Assembly (NCBI GenBank): GCA_947084965.1
Contig: CAMTUG010000001.1
Location: 409,301-473,300, forward strand
Direction of reading: 5' to 3'
Length of the DNA: 64,000 nt
Source: an uncultured Parcubacteria group bacterium
GTDB taxonomy: Bacteria > Patescibacteriota > Patescibacteriia > UBA9934 > CAMTUG01
The position numbers were made by a program, and so were the translations under genes. The notes under the pieces are model-generated. The model was not told the DNA's origin. It made no database searches and was given only the letters and a program-made list of their open reading frames with translations. Below, one piece after another: positions 9,041 to 18,170 of this stretch; position 1 is the first letter of the stretch, and each line of letters starts with the position of its first letter.

Positions 9041-10498
9041 ATGTCCACCATTGCCAAGAACACCATGCTCCTGACGCTCGCGTCGGTCGGCCAAAAGGCG
9101 ATCGCCTTTGTTTATTTTACGCTGATCGCCAACGCAATCGGCAAGGAAGCGACAGGCGATTACTTCCTCGCGCTTTCAATTACCACGATCTTTTCCGTTG
9201 TTGCCGACTGGGGTTTGACTCCGGTCTTGATCCGCGAAATCGCCAAACGACCAGGTGAAGCAGGGAAGATCCTGCGTTCAATCATGGCGCTCAAGATCCC
9301 GTTGATTCTGCTCGGTGCGGCTGGATCGATCGGTGCAGCGATGTTACTCGGTTACTCTGTCTCCGTCGTACAACTCGTTGCGGTCGCCAGTTTAGTTATG
9401 GCCGCGGATGCGATCTCGTTAACCTGTTTTGGTGTTCTGCGCGGCTTGCACAATCTGCGCTACGAATCGCTTGGAATCTTTGTTGGTCAGTCCGTCACCA
9501 CGCTCATCGGTCTTTTCTTCCTTTTTACAAATCCGTCGCTGACTCTTCTCATTATCGCTCTCCTTGCCGGAAGCACCTGGAACGCCATCTACTCCGCATC
9601 ACGTGTTGGTAAACACATTGGAGTTAAAGCACTCGTCCCATCGTTCGCTGGAGCAGAAGCAAAAAAGTGGCTCAAGCTCTCCGTGGCTTTTGTTCTCGCT
9701 GGCGCCTTTGTCAAAGTCTACTCGTACGTCGATTCGCTGATTCTGCATTCGATTCTCGGTTCCGGTGCCGTTGGGGCCTATTCCGTCGCTTATAAAATCA
9801 CCTACGCCTTTCAATTCCTCCCGATGGCATTCGTTGGTGCCTTGTACCCGCTCATGTCCACCCTTTGGGGGGAGGGGAAGAAGGCGGAGCTCGCTAAGCT
9901 CTTCGGCGACGCCATGTGGTACGTGATGCTCCTCGCCGCCCCAATCGTGTTTGGGATCTGGAGCATTGCCGATAAATTGATCCCTGCTTTTTATCCAAAC
10001 GGTTACGAAGAGTCCGTTCTTCCGCTACAGATCCTCGTTTTTGCCCTCCTCCTGCTCTTCGCCGATTTTCCGATCGGATCGCTTTTGAACGCTGCGGGCA
10101 AACAAGGGGTAAAAACAGCGATCATGGGTGGAACAATGGTCATCAATGCCGTTGCTAACATTATTTTGATCCCGCGCATTGGTCTCGAGGGGGCAGCCAT
10201 TTCGGCGGTCATCGGCGACACCTTCCTCCTGTTTGCCGGCTTGGCCATGGTTCCTCGCCTTATTGACACTTCGATGACGGGACTACTGGGCCGTATCGGT
10301 CCTATTCTCGCTAGCGGACTCCTGATGGCCGGAAGCGTGATTCTCCTCAAGCCATACCTCCATTTTGTGTTGTTGATTGGCGTTGGTGCTATCGTGTACA
10401 CGACCGTGCTCATTGCAACCAAAGCCTTAACGATTGAACACCTGCGCACGGCGTATAGAACGATGCGCGGCGGTGCTCCGGCATCTGAACCTGTATGA
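9041..10498 (+). CDS. Polysaccharide flippase (Wzx/RfbX-like)
   Basis: IAKNT..., DWGL...IREIAK, VGAYSVAYKI, N.ILIPRIGLEGAAIS; many TM helices; ATG 9041 lies just after the hairpin. Confidence 0.88.
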   Translation: MSTIAKNTMLLTLASVGQKAIAFVYFTLIANAIGKEATGDYFLALSITTIFSVVADWGLTPVLIREIAKRPGEAGKILRSIMALKIPLILLGAAGSIGAAMLLGYSVSVVQLVAVASLVMAADAISLTCFGVLRGLHNLRYESLGIFVGQSVTTLIGLFFLFTNPSLTLLIIALLAGSTWNAIYSASRVGKHIGVKALVPSFAGAEAKKWLKLSVAFVLAGAFVKVYSYVDSLILHSILGSGAVGAYSVAYKITYAFQFLPMAFVGALYPLMSTLWGEGKKAELAKLFGDAMWYVMLLAAPIVFGIWSIADKLIPAFYPNGYEESVLPLQILVFALLLLFADFPIGSLLNAAGKQGVKTAIMGGTMVINAVANIILIPRIGLEGAAISAVIGDTFLLFAGLAMVPRLIDTSMTGLLGRIGPILASGLLMAGSVILLKPYLHFVLLIGVGAIVYTTVLIATKALTIEHLRTAYRTMRGGAPASEPV

Positions 10499-11538
10499 AG
10501 AATCTCGTTCTCTTCACCATTGATTATCCGCCATCGCGCGGCGGGGTCGCGCGGTATCTCTCATCGCTCGTTGCGCATTTCGGTGATCGCGTAAAGGTGA
10601 TCGCGCCGCCAGAGTATCAGTTGTTGTCTAAGATTCTCTGGCCGAAGTGGCTGCGCGCTGTGTACTTGATGCGCACAAAAACGAATCGCGACGATACGAT
10701 TTTGACAAGCCATTTGCTTCCGCTCGGACTCGCCGCCCGATTGTCTGGCCGACCGTATGTGGTGATGATGCACGGAATGGACTTTGCCTTAGCTCGAAGA
10801 AATTCCTGGAAGCGAGCGCTCACAAAGTGGATTTTGAAGAGAGCGAAGGTTGTCGTAACAAACACCGAAGCACTGGCTCGAGAGGTGAGAGGATTTGTGA
10901 AAGTGCAAGAGCTCGTCGTTGTTCATCCCTGCTTATCTGAAGAACTGTTGCGCGTTGGAGCCACACTGGATCGTCCACCAAAGTACGACGCGATTAATCT
11001 TCTAACGGTTGCGCGTTTGGTGCCTCGTAAGGGCCACAGCGTTGTCCTCGATGCCTTAGCAACGATTCGCGATCAAGGGTTTCCGGTGCCCCTCCGTTAC
11101 TACATCGTTGGTGACGGTCCACGCTATCGTGAACTGATGGAGCAGGTCAAAGCGCTCAAACTTCAAAATCAGGTGATCTTTAGCCGCAACGCCTCTGATG
11201 AACAGTTACTCGAGTATTACAAAAACGCCGACATCTTTGTGATGCCCACCGAGCACATGGGCCGCGATATCGAAGGGTTTGGAACGGTTTACATCGAAGC
11301 GGCGGCGTTTGGGGTGCCTTCCATCGCCTCGGAGCTTCCGGGCGTCGATGAGGCTGTCTTGCATGAGGAAACGGGGATCCTTGTGCCGTCCAACTCGGTC
11401 ACCGATCTGGCTGTGGCGATTCAACGCCTAGCCACAGATGCCGAATTGCGATCACGCCTCGGTGGAAATGCGCAGGCCCGCGCCCAGGCAGAGTTTCATT
11501 GCGATACCCAATTCGCCAAGCTCGACCACTTGCTATGA
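10495..11538 (+). CDS. Glycosyltransferase family 4
   Basis: DYPPSRGGVARY, VARLVPRKGH, EGFGTVYIEAAAFGVP. Confidence 0.93.
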   Translation: MKNLVLFTIDYPPSRGGVARYLSSLVAHFGDRVKVIAPPEYQLLSKILWPKWLRAVYLMRTKTNRDDTILTSHLLPLGLAARLSGRPYVVMMHGMDFALARRNSWKRALTKWILKRAKVVVTNTEALAREVRGFVKVQELVVVHPCLSEELLRVGATLDRPPKYDAINLLTVARLVPRKGHSVVLDALATIRDQGFPVPLRYYIVGDGPRYRELMEQVKALKLQNQVIFSRNASDEQLLEYYKNADIFVMPTEHMGRDIEGFGTVYIEAAAFGVPSIASELPGVDEAVLHEETGILVPSNSVTDLAVAIQRLATDAELRSRLGGNAQARAQAEFHCDTQFAKLDHLL

Positions 11539-12233
11539 TCTCCGTGATTATTCCAACCTACCAGCACGCTTCAACGCTTTCGCGTTGTCTTGAAAGTGTG
11601 TTTAAGCAGACGTTTAAAGACGTGGAAGTGATTGTGGTCGATGACGGATCGACTGACGGAACAGAGGAGGTTATAAAGCCGTACCTGGATCGCATTCAGT
11701 ACATCAAACAGGCCAATCAAGGTGCACCAGCGGCGCGCAATCGAGGATTTGATGCCTCCAAGGGCGAGGAAGTGATCTTTTGCGATGCGGATATTGTCAT
11801 GCGCGCCAATATGCTTGAGGTGTTGCACAGAACGCTTACAAACAATCCTGAGACGGCCTACGCCTACTCCGCGTTCCGCTTTGGCTGGAAAGGATTCACT
11901 TCGTATCCATTTTCTGCTGAACGTCTGCGTCAGATGAATTTTATTCATACGAGTGCACTGATTCGCCGTGCTGACTTTCCACGGTTCGATCAATCATTGC
12001 GGCGCTTTCAGGACTGGGACTTATGGCTGACAATCCTCAAACAGGGGAAGGGTGGGGTACACGTACCGCTTGAGCTCTTCCGCGTGATCGATGAGCGTGG
12101 TCGGGCCGGGATCAGCCAGTGGCGGCCGTCCCTTTGGCACAGAATCCCCTGGCAGAAGTTTGGTTGGAAACCGAAGTCCGTGAAAAAATATGATGATGCG
12201 AAGCGGGTGATTGCAGAAAAGCACGGGCTCTAA
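11535..12233 (+). CDS. Glycosyltransferase family 2
   Basis: ISVIIPTY, VVDDGSTD, NQGAPAARNRG, FCDAD, QDWDLWL. Confidence 0.93.
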   Translation: MISVIIPTYQHASTLSRCLESVFKQTFKDVEVIVVDDGSTDGTEEVIKPYLDRIQYIKQANQGAPAARNRGFDASKGEEVIFCDADIVMRANMLEVLHRTLTNNPETAYAYSAFRFGWKGFTSYPFSAERLRQMNFIHTSALIRRADFPRFDQSLRRFQDWDLWLTILKQGKGGVHVPLELFRVIDERGRAGISQWRPSLWHRIPWQKFGWKPKSVKKYDDAKRVIAEKHGL

Positions 12234-12243
12234 AATATTTTAG

Positions 12244-12280
12244 AATAGCGCGAACCCACCAGGAGTGTACTGGTGGGTTC
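12244..12280 (-). terminator. Conserved 3' hairpin of GC-rich gene A
   Basis: Minus strand GAACCCACCAG-TACACTC-CTGGTGGGTTC then GCGCTATT; 11-bp perfect stem. Confidence 0.6.
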
Positions 12281-12307
12281 ATCGTGTGAGGGTCGTCGGA
12301 GTGCCGA

Positions 12308-13009
12308 CTACCTCGGGGGCGGCGGGGGTGGGGGGACCGCCACGACCTTGAGCGAGGCGGTGACGACCGGGTCCTTCGGCGTGAGCGTCAGGAGGCCGGT
12401 CATCGGGTCGCCGCGCTTGGTCTTCGGCTCGTAGAGGTCGACGCCGAGCAGGGTGAAGCCGACCTCGGTTCCGACCAGCGCCGTGGGACGGACGGAGCAG
12501 ACGAGGTCCACCCGGACCTCGCTGCCGGTCGGCGCCTTCTCGGGCGTCGGCCAGCGCAGTCCCATGCCGCCGGCGGTGTTGGGGAGGTAGCCGATCGACT
12601 TGTCGTCGCGGCCGGGGTACACCACCACGTGGCACAGCTCGAGGGTCTGCTGGGCCAGGGACTCGACCGGGGGCGCACCGGGTGGGAGCTCGGCGTTGAA
12701 GGGATCGACGATCCACTTCGCCCCGGAGCCGTCGCGGACCCACACCGCCATCTTGACATGGGGCACCGTGAAGACCTCGAACTGGTCCGCGGTGATGATC
12801 CACGTCCCGACGACGACGTTCTCGGCTCCGGGCCGGGCCTCCGCCGGCTTGTTCTCCGGCTCCTCCAGCTTGTAGGTGATGGGGACGTTGTCTTCGGCCC
12901 GGTCGTGCCAGTTGTCGCGCGCCATGTGCTTGGCGTGCCACTTGTGGAACCAGGGGCCAGCTTCTGCCGTCGGGGTGACGGCGACCATCAGGACGAGAGA
13001 CAGAATCAT
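12308..13009 (-). CDS. Hypothetical secreted protein, GC-rich gene A (poly-Pro C-terminus)
   Basis: 233-aa ORF with GGAGG SD, signal-peptide-like MILSLVLMVAVTPTAEA, codons almost all ending in G/C, own promoter and hairpin. Confidence 0.75.
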   Translation of the reverse strand: MILSLVLMVAVTPTAEAGPWFHKWHAKHMARDNWHDRAEDNVPITYKLEEPENKPAEARPGAENVVVGTWIITADQFEVFTVPHVKMAVWVRDGSGAKWIVDPFNAELPPGAPPVESLAQQTLELCHVVVYPGRDDKSIGYLPNTAGGMGLRWPTPEKAPTGSEVRVDLVCSVRPTALVGTEVGFTLLGVDLYEPKTKRGDPMTGLLTLTPKDPVVTASLKVVAVPPPPPPPR

Positions 13010-13128
13010 CGGTTCCTCCGATCTGGGTGAAGGCAGGCCTAAGGGCCCTGCAAGGGACGATCACAGCGCCGCTGTCGGCGTGGAATCTATGCCCAAAAGG
13101 CGCACATTCCATGTCGACAGGACCGTAA

Positions 13129-13157
13129 AAAGTAGCAGAAATTGGCCAAATTGTCAA
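13129..13157 (-). promoter_or_regulatory. sigma70-type promoter of gene A
   Basis: Minus strand TTGACA-N17-TACTTT with TG extension (TGCTACTTT). Confidence 0.65.
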
Positions 13158-13200
13158 TGCCCATAGCTAAATTTAGCCAAATTTGATACATTTCTGGCGT

Positions 13201-13881
13201 ATGATGCAACGATTACAGAAGATTATCGCCGAGGCAGGGGTCGCTTCACGCCGGGCGGCTGAAGAGATGATTTTGGCTGGACGCGTAAAAGTGAACGGCC
13301 GGGTCGTGCGCGAACTGGGCACCAAGGCGGATCCGGAAACGGATCAGATCAGAATCGGAAACAAGGTTCTTTCGACGGAGAAGAAGGTATACATCAAACT
13401 CAATAAGCCGGTTGGCTACATCTCATCCAACTCAGGCGAGCAAGGCCAGAATGTTTTGAAGCTTGTGAAGGTCAAGGAACGCATCTATCCTGTCGGACGC
13501 CTGGACAAAGAAAGCGAAGGCTTAATGATTCTGACCAACGACGGGGAATACGCCCTGCAGATGATGCATCCGCGTTTTGAACACGAAAAGGAGTATCTTG
13601 TTGGGATCAGCCGGGCGATGACCCCTGAGGATTTTGAACGCATCGCTTCTGGCCCGCAGATCGACGGAGAGAAGATGCGGCCAATGAAAATTCGGGCGGC
13701 GTCCGAAGACGGTCTCACCGTTAGTATGGTGTTGAAGGAAGGGAAGAAGCGACAGATTCGCCGGGTGATGCAAAAATTTGGCTATCATGTCAATTCACTC
13801 AAGCGTGTTAGGATCGGTCGAGAATTGCTTGGTAACTTGGCGCCAGGAAAATGGGAATTCTTTACCCCGGAGACGTTTTAA
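13201..13881 (+). CDS. rRNA pseudouridine synthase, RsuA/RluB family with S4 domain
   Basis: RLQKIIAEAGVASRR, LNKPVGY, PVGRLDKESEGL, EGKKRQIRR. Confidence 0.93.
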   Translation: MMQRLQKIIAEAGVASRRAAEEMILAGRVKVNGRVVRELGTKADPETDQIRIGNKVLSTEKKVYIKLNKPVGYISSNSGEQGQNVLKLVKVKERIYPVGRLDKESEGLMILTNDGEYALQMMHPRFEHEKEYLVGISRAMTPEDFERIASGPQIDGEKMRPMKIRAASEDGLTVSMVLKEGKKRQIRRVMQKFGYHVNSLKRVRIGRELLGNLAPGKWEFFTPETF

Positions 13882-13888
13882 GTGAAGT

Positions 13889-15469
13889 ATGCTCGACCAA
13901 TTTTTAGGCAAGGCGTTTTGGGTTACCTACGGAACGTTAGCTGTAGCCTACATCGCTGGATTTTTTGCGATCAACACCTCTGTTGCCTATGCTCTCACAG
14001 GAATTACTGCACTGATCACGTTTGTGGTATCGGTCAGACGCCTCGAATTTGGCCTCCTGATCGCGTTTGCAGAGTTAATCGCCACTTCCCACGGTCATCT
14101 CTTTCCCTACGGCCGTATGGCGATTTTTGCTGCCGTGATGCTCGCTTGGGGAATCCACCAACTTCTCCCCTCATCCAGATACCGGCTTCTGAAGCCGGTA
14201 TCAAGATTTGGTGAAATCCTGATGCCATTCGGCCTTCTGCTTGTCGCTGTTGCTTGGGGGATCTTCATGGGACTGCGTTTCGGAAATGAACAAGGAAACG
14301 TCATCAACGACGCCAATGGGTATCTCTATATCCTCTACCTTTTGCCAATTCTTAGTGTTGAATGGACGAGCGCAGCCAAGCGCCTGCTCCTCCAGGTCTT
14401 TGCTGGGGCTGCAGGATTCGTCATCGACCTCACACTGCTCATCCTTTACCTCTTCACCCATCTTTCCGAGCCGGTTCAGCGGGCGATGTACACCTTCTTC
14501 CGCGACGCCCGGATCGCCGAGCTCACCCGCGTGGTCGACGATATTTTCCGTGTTTTCCTTCAAGCTCAATTTTTCCCGATGATCTTGCTCTTTATCGCTC
14601 TCAGCGCCATCTTTTGGTTCTGGAAATCACGCCGCGATCAGAACGCAATCGCGATCGTCATTATCGGCGCACTTTCGACGATGATCATCTCCATGTCGCG
14701 CAGTTTCTGGGTCGGGATGATCGTGGCTTTTGTTGTCATTATCGGATCCGTATTTGTGGTCAAACGACCGAGCATCAAGGAGAGTATAAGGCTCTCGTCT
14801 GCCGGTGTACTGATGCTCGTCACCTCTGTCGCCACGCTCTGGTTTGTTTTGGCCTTCCCGTTCCCGCAAGCCCGCAACGTCAGTGGTTTCGGCTCGTTCC
14901 TCTCTGACCGCGTCAGCTCGAGTGATGCGGCGATCAGTTCGCGCTGGAATTTGTTGCCAGAGATGAATCGCGAGATCGCAGAACACACGATCTTTGGAAG
15001 TGGTTTTGGCACAATCATCGCTTTTGAATCGGACGATCCACGAGTGCGCGAAATGTATCCAGATGGGAAGTGGCGCACGTACGCCTTTGAATGGGGGTGG
15101 CATGATGCCCTCATTAAAATGGGGATTCTTGGACCACTCGCATTCCTTTGGATCGGGTACGTTCTTGGCGCTGGACTCCTGCGTGGATTTAAAAAGGAAA
15201 CAGGCTGGCTTTCGATTGGCCTCTTTGCTGGCCTCATCGCCCTGTACGCCACGCACGCCTTCAGTCCGTACCTCAATCACCCGATCGGGCTCGGGTATCT
15301 GCTGTTCTTGATCCCGTTTCTCACCCCAAAAACACAAAAAGCTTCCGAAGAAGCCATGGTGCCTGTGGCCGACATTATCCGCGCAGAGTTCCGTACCCCC
15401 GTTCAAACTCCGGTGTCGTCATCGGTTTCTTCCCTTCAGGTTGAACCATCTGATTCGGAAGGAGCTTAA
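13889..15469 (+). CDS. O-antigen ligase/polymerase (Wzy_C)-like membrane protein
   Basis: Many TM helices; SMSRSFW, IFGSGFG, KMGILG motifs; adjacent to glycosyltransferases. Confidence 0.75.
   Translation: MLDQFLGKAFWVTYGTLAVAYIAGFFAINTSVAYALTGITALITFVVSVRRLEFGLLIAFAELIATSHGHLFPYGRMAIFAAVMLAWGIHQLLPSSRYRLLKPVSRFGEILMPFGLLLVAVAWGIFMGLRFGNEQGNVINDANGYLYILYLLPILSVEWTSAAKRLLLQVFAGAAGFVIDLTLLILYLFTHLSEPVQRAMYTFFRDARIAELTRVVDDIFRVFLQAQFFPMILLFIALSAIFWFWKSRRDQNAIAIVIIGALSTMIISMSRSFWVGMIVAFVVIIGSVFVVKRPSIKESIRLSSAGVLMLVTSVATLWFVLAFPFPQARNVSGFGSFLSDRVSSSDAAISSRWNLLPEMNREIAEHTIFGSGFGTIIAFESDDPRVREMYPDGKWRTYAFEWGWHDALIKMGILGPLAFLWIGYVLGAGLLRGFKKETGWLSIGLFAGLIALYATHAFSPYLNHPIGLGYLLFLIPFLTPKTQKASEEAMVPVADIIRAEFRTPVQTPVSSSVSSLQVEPSDSEGA
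14178..14205. repeat. 25-bp palindrome GATACCGGCTTC-T-GAAGCCGGTATC plus AAG, copy 1 (inside CDS)
   Basis: Identical 28 bp at 61180-61207. Confidence 0.9.
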
Positions 15470-16208
15470 CGCGTAGCGGCGCGCCGTTGTGCTGAACGAT
15501 CGTATAGCACCCTGGCCAAGGGTGATAGGCACGGATCTTTCGATCGATCGTTTCAGGCGATTCAGTAAAATCGATCTTACCTGATTCTCGATCGAGGAGC
15601 GTGGTAATGGTCGCTCTGCTGTCATCCTGAGGGATCGGCTGAAGGGCGCCAGAAGCATACCCGCGCAGAACGTCGACCAGAAATGGACCCCCGACTTCCT
15701 GCAAACGCGAAGCGAGCGTTGCATAGGTATCATCTGTTTTTACTTCAACGGTCTTTTGACCAAGGATAGGACCGGTATCCATGCCAGCATCAAGCAGCAT
15801 GATCGAGATAGCTGTTTGCGTGTCGCCGTTTGCGATCGCCGCTTGGATAGGCGATGGACCGCGATAGTTTGGAAGTAAAGAAGGATGGACGTTGACGCAG
15901 CCGAGGCGTGGGATGTCGAGGATCTCTTGAGGGATCAATTTTCCATAAGCAACGACGACGAATACATCGGCACCGAGCGCTTTGAGTGTCTCAGGTGCCT
16001 CCGATTTTCGAAGGGAAGGGAATTGCAAAACAGGAATACTCGCCTCGATCGCACGAACTTTTACTGCAGGTGGTGTAAGAATTCGATCGCGCCCGACCGG
16101 TTTATCTGGTTGTGTCACAACAGCCAAAACCTCGAGGTCTTTTTCCTCGAGCAGGGCGCTCAGAAATGGAGCAGAAAAATCTGGTGTACCAAAGAATACT
16201 AACTTCAC
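15375..16208 (-). CDS. fmt: Methionyl-tRNA formyltransferase (shortened C-terminal domain)
   Basis: GTG start; FFGTPDF, VTQPDKPVGR, NVHPSLLPNYRGPSPI, GMDTGP; downstream of def. Confidence 0.95.
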   Translation of the reverse strand: MKLVFFGTPDFSAPFLSALLEEKDLEVLAVVTQPDKPVGRDRILTPPAVKVRAIEASIPVLQFPSLRKSEAPETLKALGADVFVVVAYGKLIPQEILDIPRLGCVNVHPSLLPNYRGPSPIQAAIANGDTQTAISIMLLDAGMDTGPILGQKTVEVKTDDTYATLASRLQEVGGPFLVDVLRGYASGALQPIPQDDSRATITTLLDRESGKIDFTESPETIDRKIRAYHPWPGCYTIVQHNGAPLRVKLLPNQMVQPEGKKPMTTPEFERGYGTLRG

Positions 16209-16218
16209 AGCAAGAAAA

Positions 16219-16280
16219 TTGGTAAGTGGTAAATAGAAAGCTGAGACACGAGCGTCTCCACTTACCACTTACTGCTTACT
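16219..16280. repeat. Heptamer-armed palindrome with GAGAC/GTCTC core (def-fmt junction)
   Basis: TGGTAAG TGGTAAA TAGAAAG CTGAGAC-ACGAGC-GTCTC CACTTAC CACTTAC TGCTTAC. Confidence 0.8.
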
Positions 16281-16286
16281 CTGAAT

Positions 16287-16757
16287 CTAAAGTCTCGGAG
16301 GATTGGTAAACTGCTCAACTTTATCGATGAACAACACGCCGTCTAGGTGATCGATTTCATGTTGGAAGATCACAGAAAGTAGGCCGCTTCCCTTGACCGT
16401 CACCTTTTTGCCGTGTCGATCAAGCGCCTTGACCGTCACCGAGCGATAACGATGGACAAAGCCCCAGACACCGGGGACTGAGAGGCAGCCTTCTTCAAAA
16501 TCAAATTTACGGAAACTCTTCGCGGTGATGCGCGGGTTAATATACTCACGCGCCCCTTTACCTTCGTCCACGACGATGATTCGCTTGTTGACGCCAACCT
16601 GCGGTGCAGCCAAGCCCACACCATTAGCATTACGCATCTCAACGAACATTTCATCAATCAGCGTCTGCGTTTCTTCAGAACGCAAATCATCGAGTGAAAT
16701 CTCTACAGACTTCACGCGCAATCGGTCGTCCGGTTCGTGGAGAATCTCTAGTGACAT
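16287..16757 (-). CDS. def: Peptide deformylase
   Basis: GVGLAAPQVG, EGCLSVP, QHEIDHLDG. Confidence 0.97.
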   Translation of the reverse strand: MSLEILHEPDDRLRVKSVEISLDDLRSEETQTLIDEMFVEMRNANGVGLAAPQVGVNKRIIVVDEGKGAREYINPRITAKSFRKFDFEEGCLSVPGVWGFVHRYRSVTVKALDRHGKKVTVKGSGLLSVIFQHEIDHLDGVLFIDKVEQFTNPPRL

Positions 16758-18157
16758 ACCTTGATAATTATATCGTCATCGAGCATTTTGAGCGAGGATT
16801 TTTGTTGTTCAAACTCTGTGCGCGATATCCGCTTCTCTTCCGAACCAACGGTCAGGAGAACACCGAACGGCGGATAATTGAGTGCTTTTCGCGCCTCAAG
16901 TTCACTCGCGAGCAACGCTCTAGGGTCTTGCATGATCCGCTGAATCAGCGCTCCATCGTATGTCTGCACAATAAACGGGGTCTGCAAGCGCGCGGCGATC
17001 CCGCGTAGTTCATACAGACGAATGATCGCTTGTTCAATCGCGTCGTATTCGCCGCCATGAAGTCCGATATCCGCCTGTAGATCGACGATCAGTCCAAGGT
17101 TTGGTGGATCAAGCGGCTGATAGATGCTTTCCGTAAAGTAGCGCGTCGTAAGGAGGATCGCAGGTTCGGTCGGTAACGTCGCCTCAAACCCTTTTTCGAT
17201 GTGCAAAATGGGATTGCCGGGAAAGTATTCACGAAGTGTCCGATCTACCTCCTGCTCTCTACGGTTATACGAAAGTAGCACAGATTTTCCGCTCTGTAAA
17301 GCCTTATTGGCCGCTTCTAACGTCTTTTCTGAAAGAAGTTTTACCATGTCCCCACGCTTGGATTCGGCTCGAAGATCAACGACGTCGACAGGAGCTCTCG
17401 GTACCGGCTCCTGAAGCCGGTACCAGAGGGGGACTTCTCGAACACGAGGCGTGACGTCAGCGTAGACAACTCTGGTGCCGTAGATCTCAGACGCTAACTC
17501 AGCAAAATCACGCACATCATAGCGTGGATTACGGTCGTACGATGCGTGTTCTGGGCAACCGGAGCGGAGGATCACGATCGTGTCCGGCTTTTCAGCGCTT
17601 GCAAGAACGTCCATGCGGGTCATCGCCTGGGGGACCGTTAACGCATCGTGATGATGAGGCACAACGACCCACGTGATCCCTTGAATTGACTTGCGGATTC
17701 CTTCAGCCAAGGCTGCCCCTTGAACCAGATCCAGGATTTCGATGAACGTCTTTGGTTGTGTTTTGATCAGTGCAATGACCGAACGCAGATACGGTACCTC
17801 GGCGTGCTTGATACGGGCAGAGCTTATGGCGGGGAGAATCACCTTGCGTTTCGGCTTTTTTTGTAACGCAATATGCAACAGGGACGCCGTCGATTGAATC
17901 AGATCACTCGCCAAGCGTTCGAAGATCGTCAAACGATCCGAGCTGATGACGTTCGACTCAAGAAGAGAGATGATCGGCTTAATTTTTTTGCTTGGTACAC
18001 TGTCACTGACCGCTAACACAACTCCGCGAAGGATAGAGGAACGAAAGGGGATCTCGACAAGGTTGCCACGCGATACGACCATATCATCAGGCACAGCGTA
18101 ATCAAAAAAATCGAAGCGTCGAGGCATGCGGCGAAGTGGGGCAACGTGAGCGATCAC
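16748..18157 (-). CDS. priA: Degenerate primosomal protein N' (PriA-like)
   Basis: N-terminal FDYAVP...GNLVEIPFR 3'-DNA-binding-domain signature, RNPRYDVRD, LLSYNRR, ELEARKALNYPPF; position next to def-fmt; no Walker A motif or Zn knuckles. Confidence 0.65.
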   Translation of the reverse strand: MIAHVAPLRRMPRRFDFFDYAVPDDMVVSRGNLVEIPFRSSILRGVVLAVSDSVPSKKIKPIISLLESNVISSDRLTIFERLASDLIQSTASLLHIALQKKPKRKVILPAISSARIKHAEVPYLRSVIALIKTQPKTFIEILDLVQGAALAEGIRKSIQGITWVVVPHHHDALTVPQAMTRMDVLASAEKPDTIVILRSGCPEHASYDRNPRYDVRDFAELASEIYGTRVVYADVTPRVREVPLWYRLQEPVPRAPVDVVDLRAESKRGDMVKLLSEKTLEAANKALQSGKSVLLSYNRREQEVDRTLREYFPGNPILHIEKGFEATLPTEPAILLTTRYFTESIYQPLDPPNLGLIVDLQADIGLHGGEYDAIEQAIIRLYELRGIAARLQTPFIVQTYDGALIQRIMQDPRALLASELEARKALNYPPFGVLLTVGSEEKRISRTEFEQQKSSLKMLDDDIIIKVCH

Positions 18158-18170
18158 AGAAGGGCACCAG

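Noticed and set aside
12252-12280. 3' hairpins of the GC-rich genes as integron attC sites
   Set aside because: Too short, no consistent RYYYAAC/GTTRRRY boxes, genes have their own promoters, and no integrase is in the window
12279-13157. 292-aa minus-strand ORF overlapping gene A
   Set aside because: Arg/Pro/Gly-rich shadow frame starting inside the -35 box; the 12308-13009 frame has the SD and signal peptide
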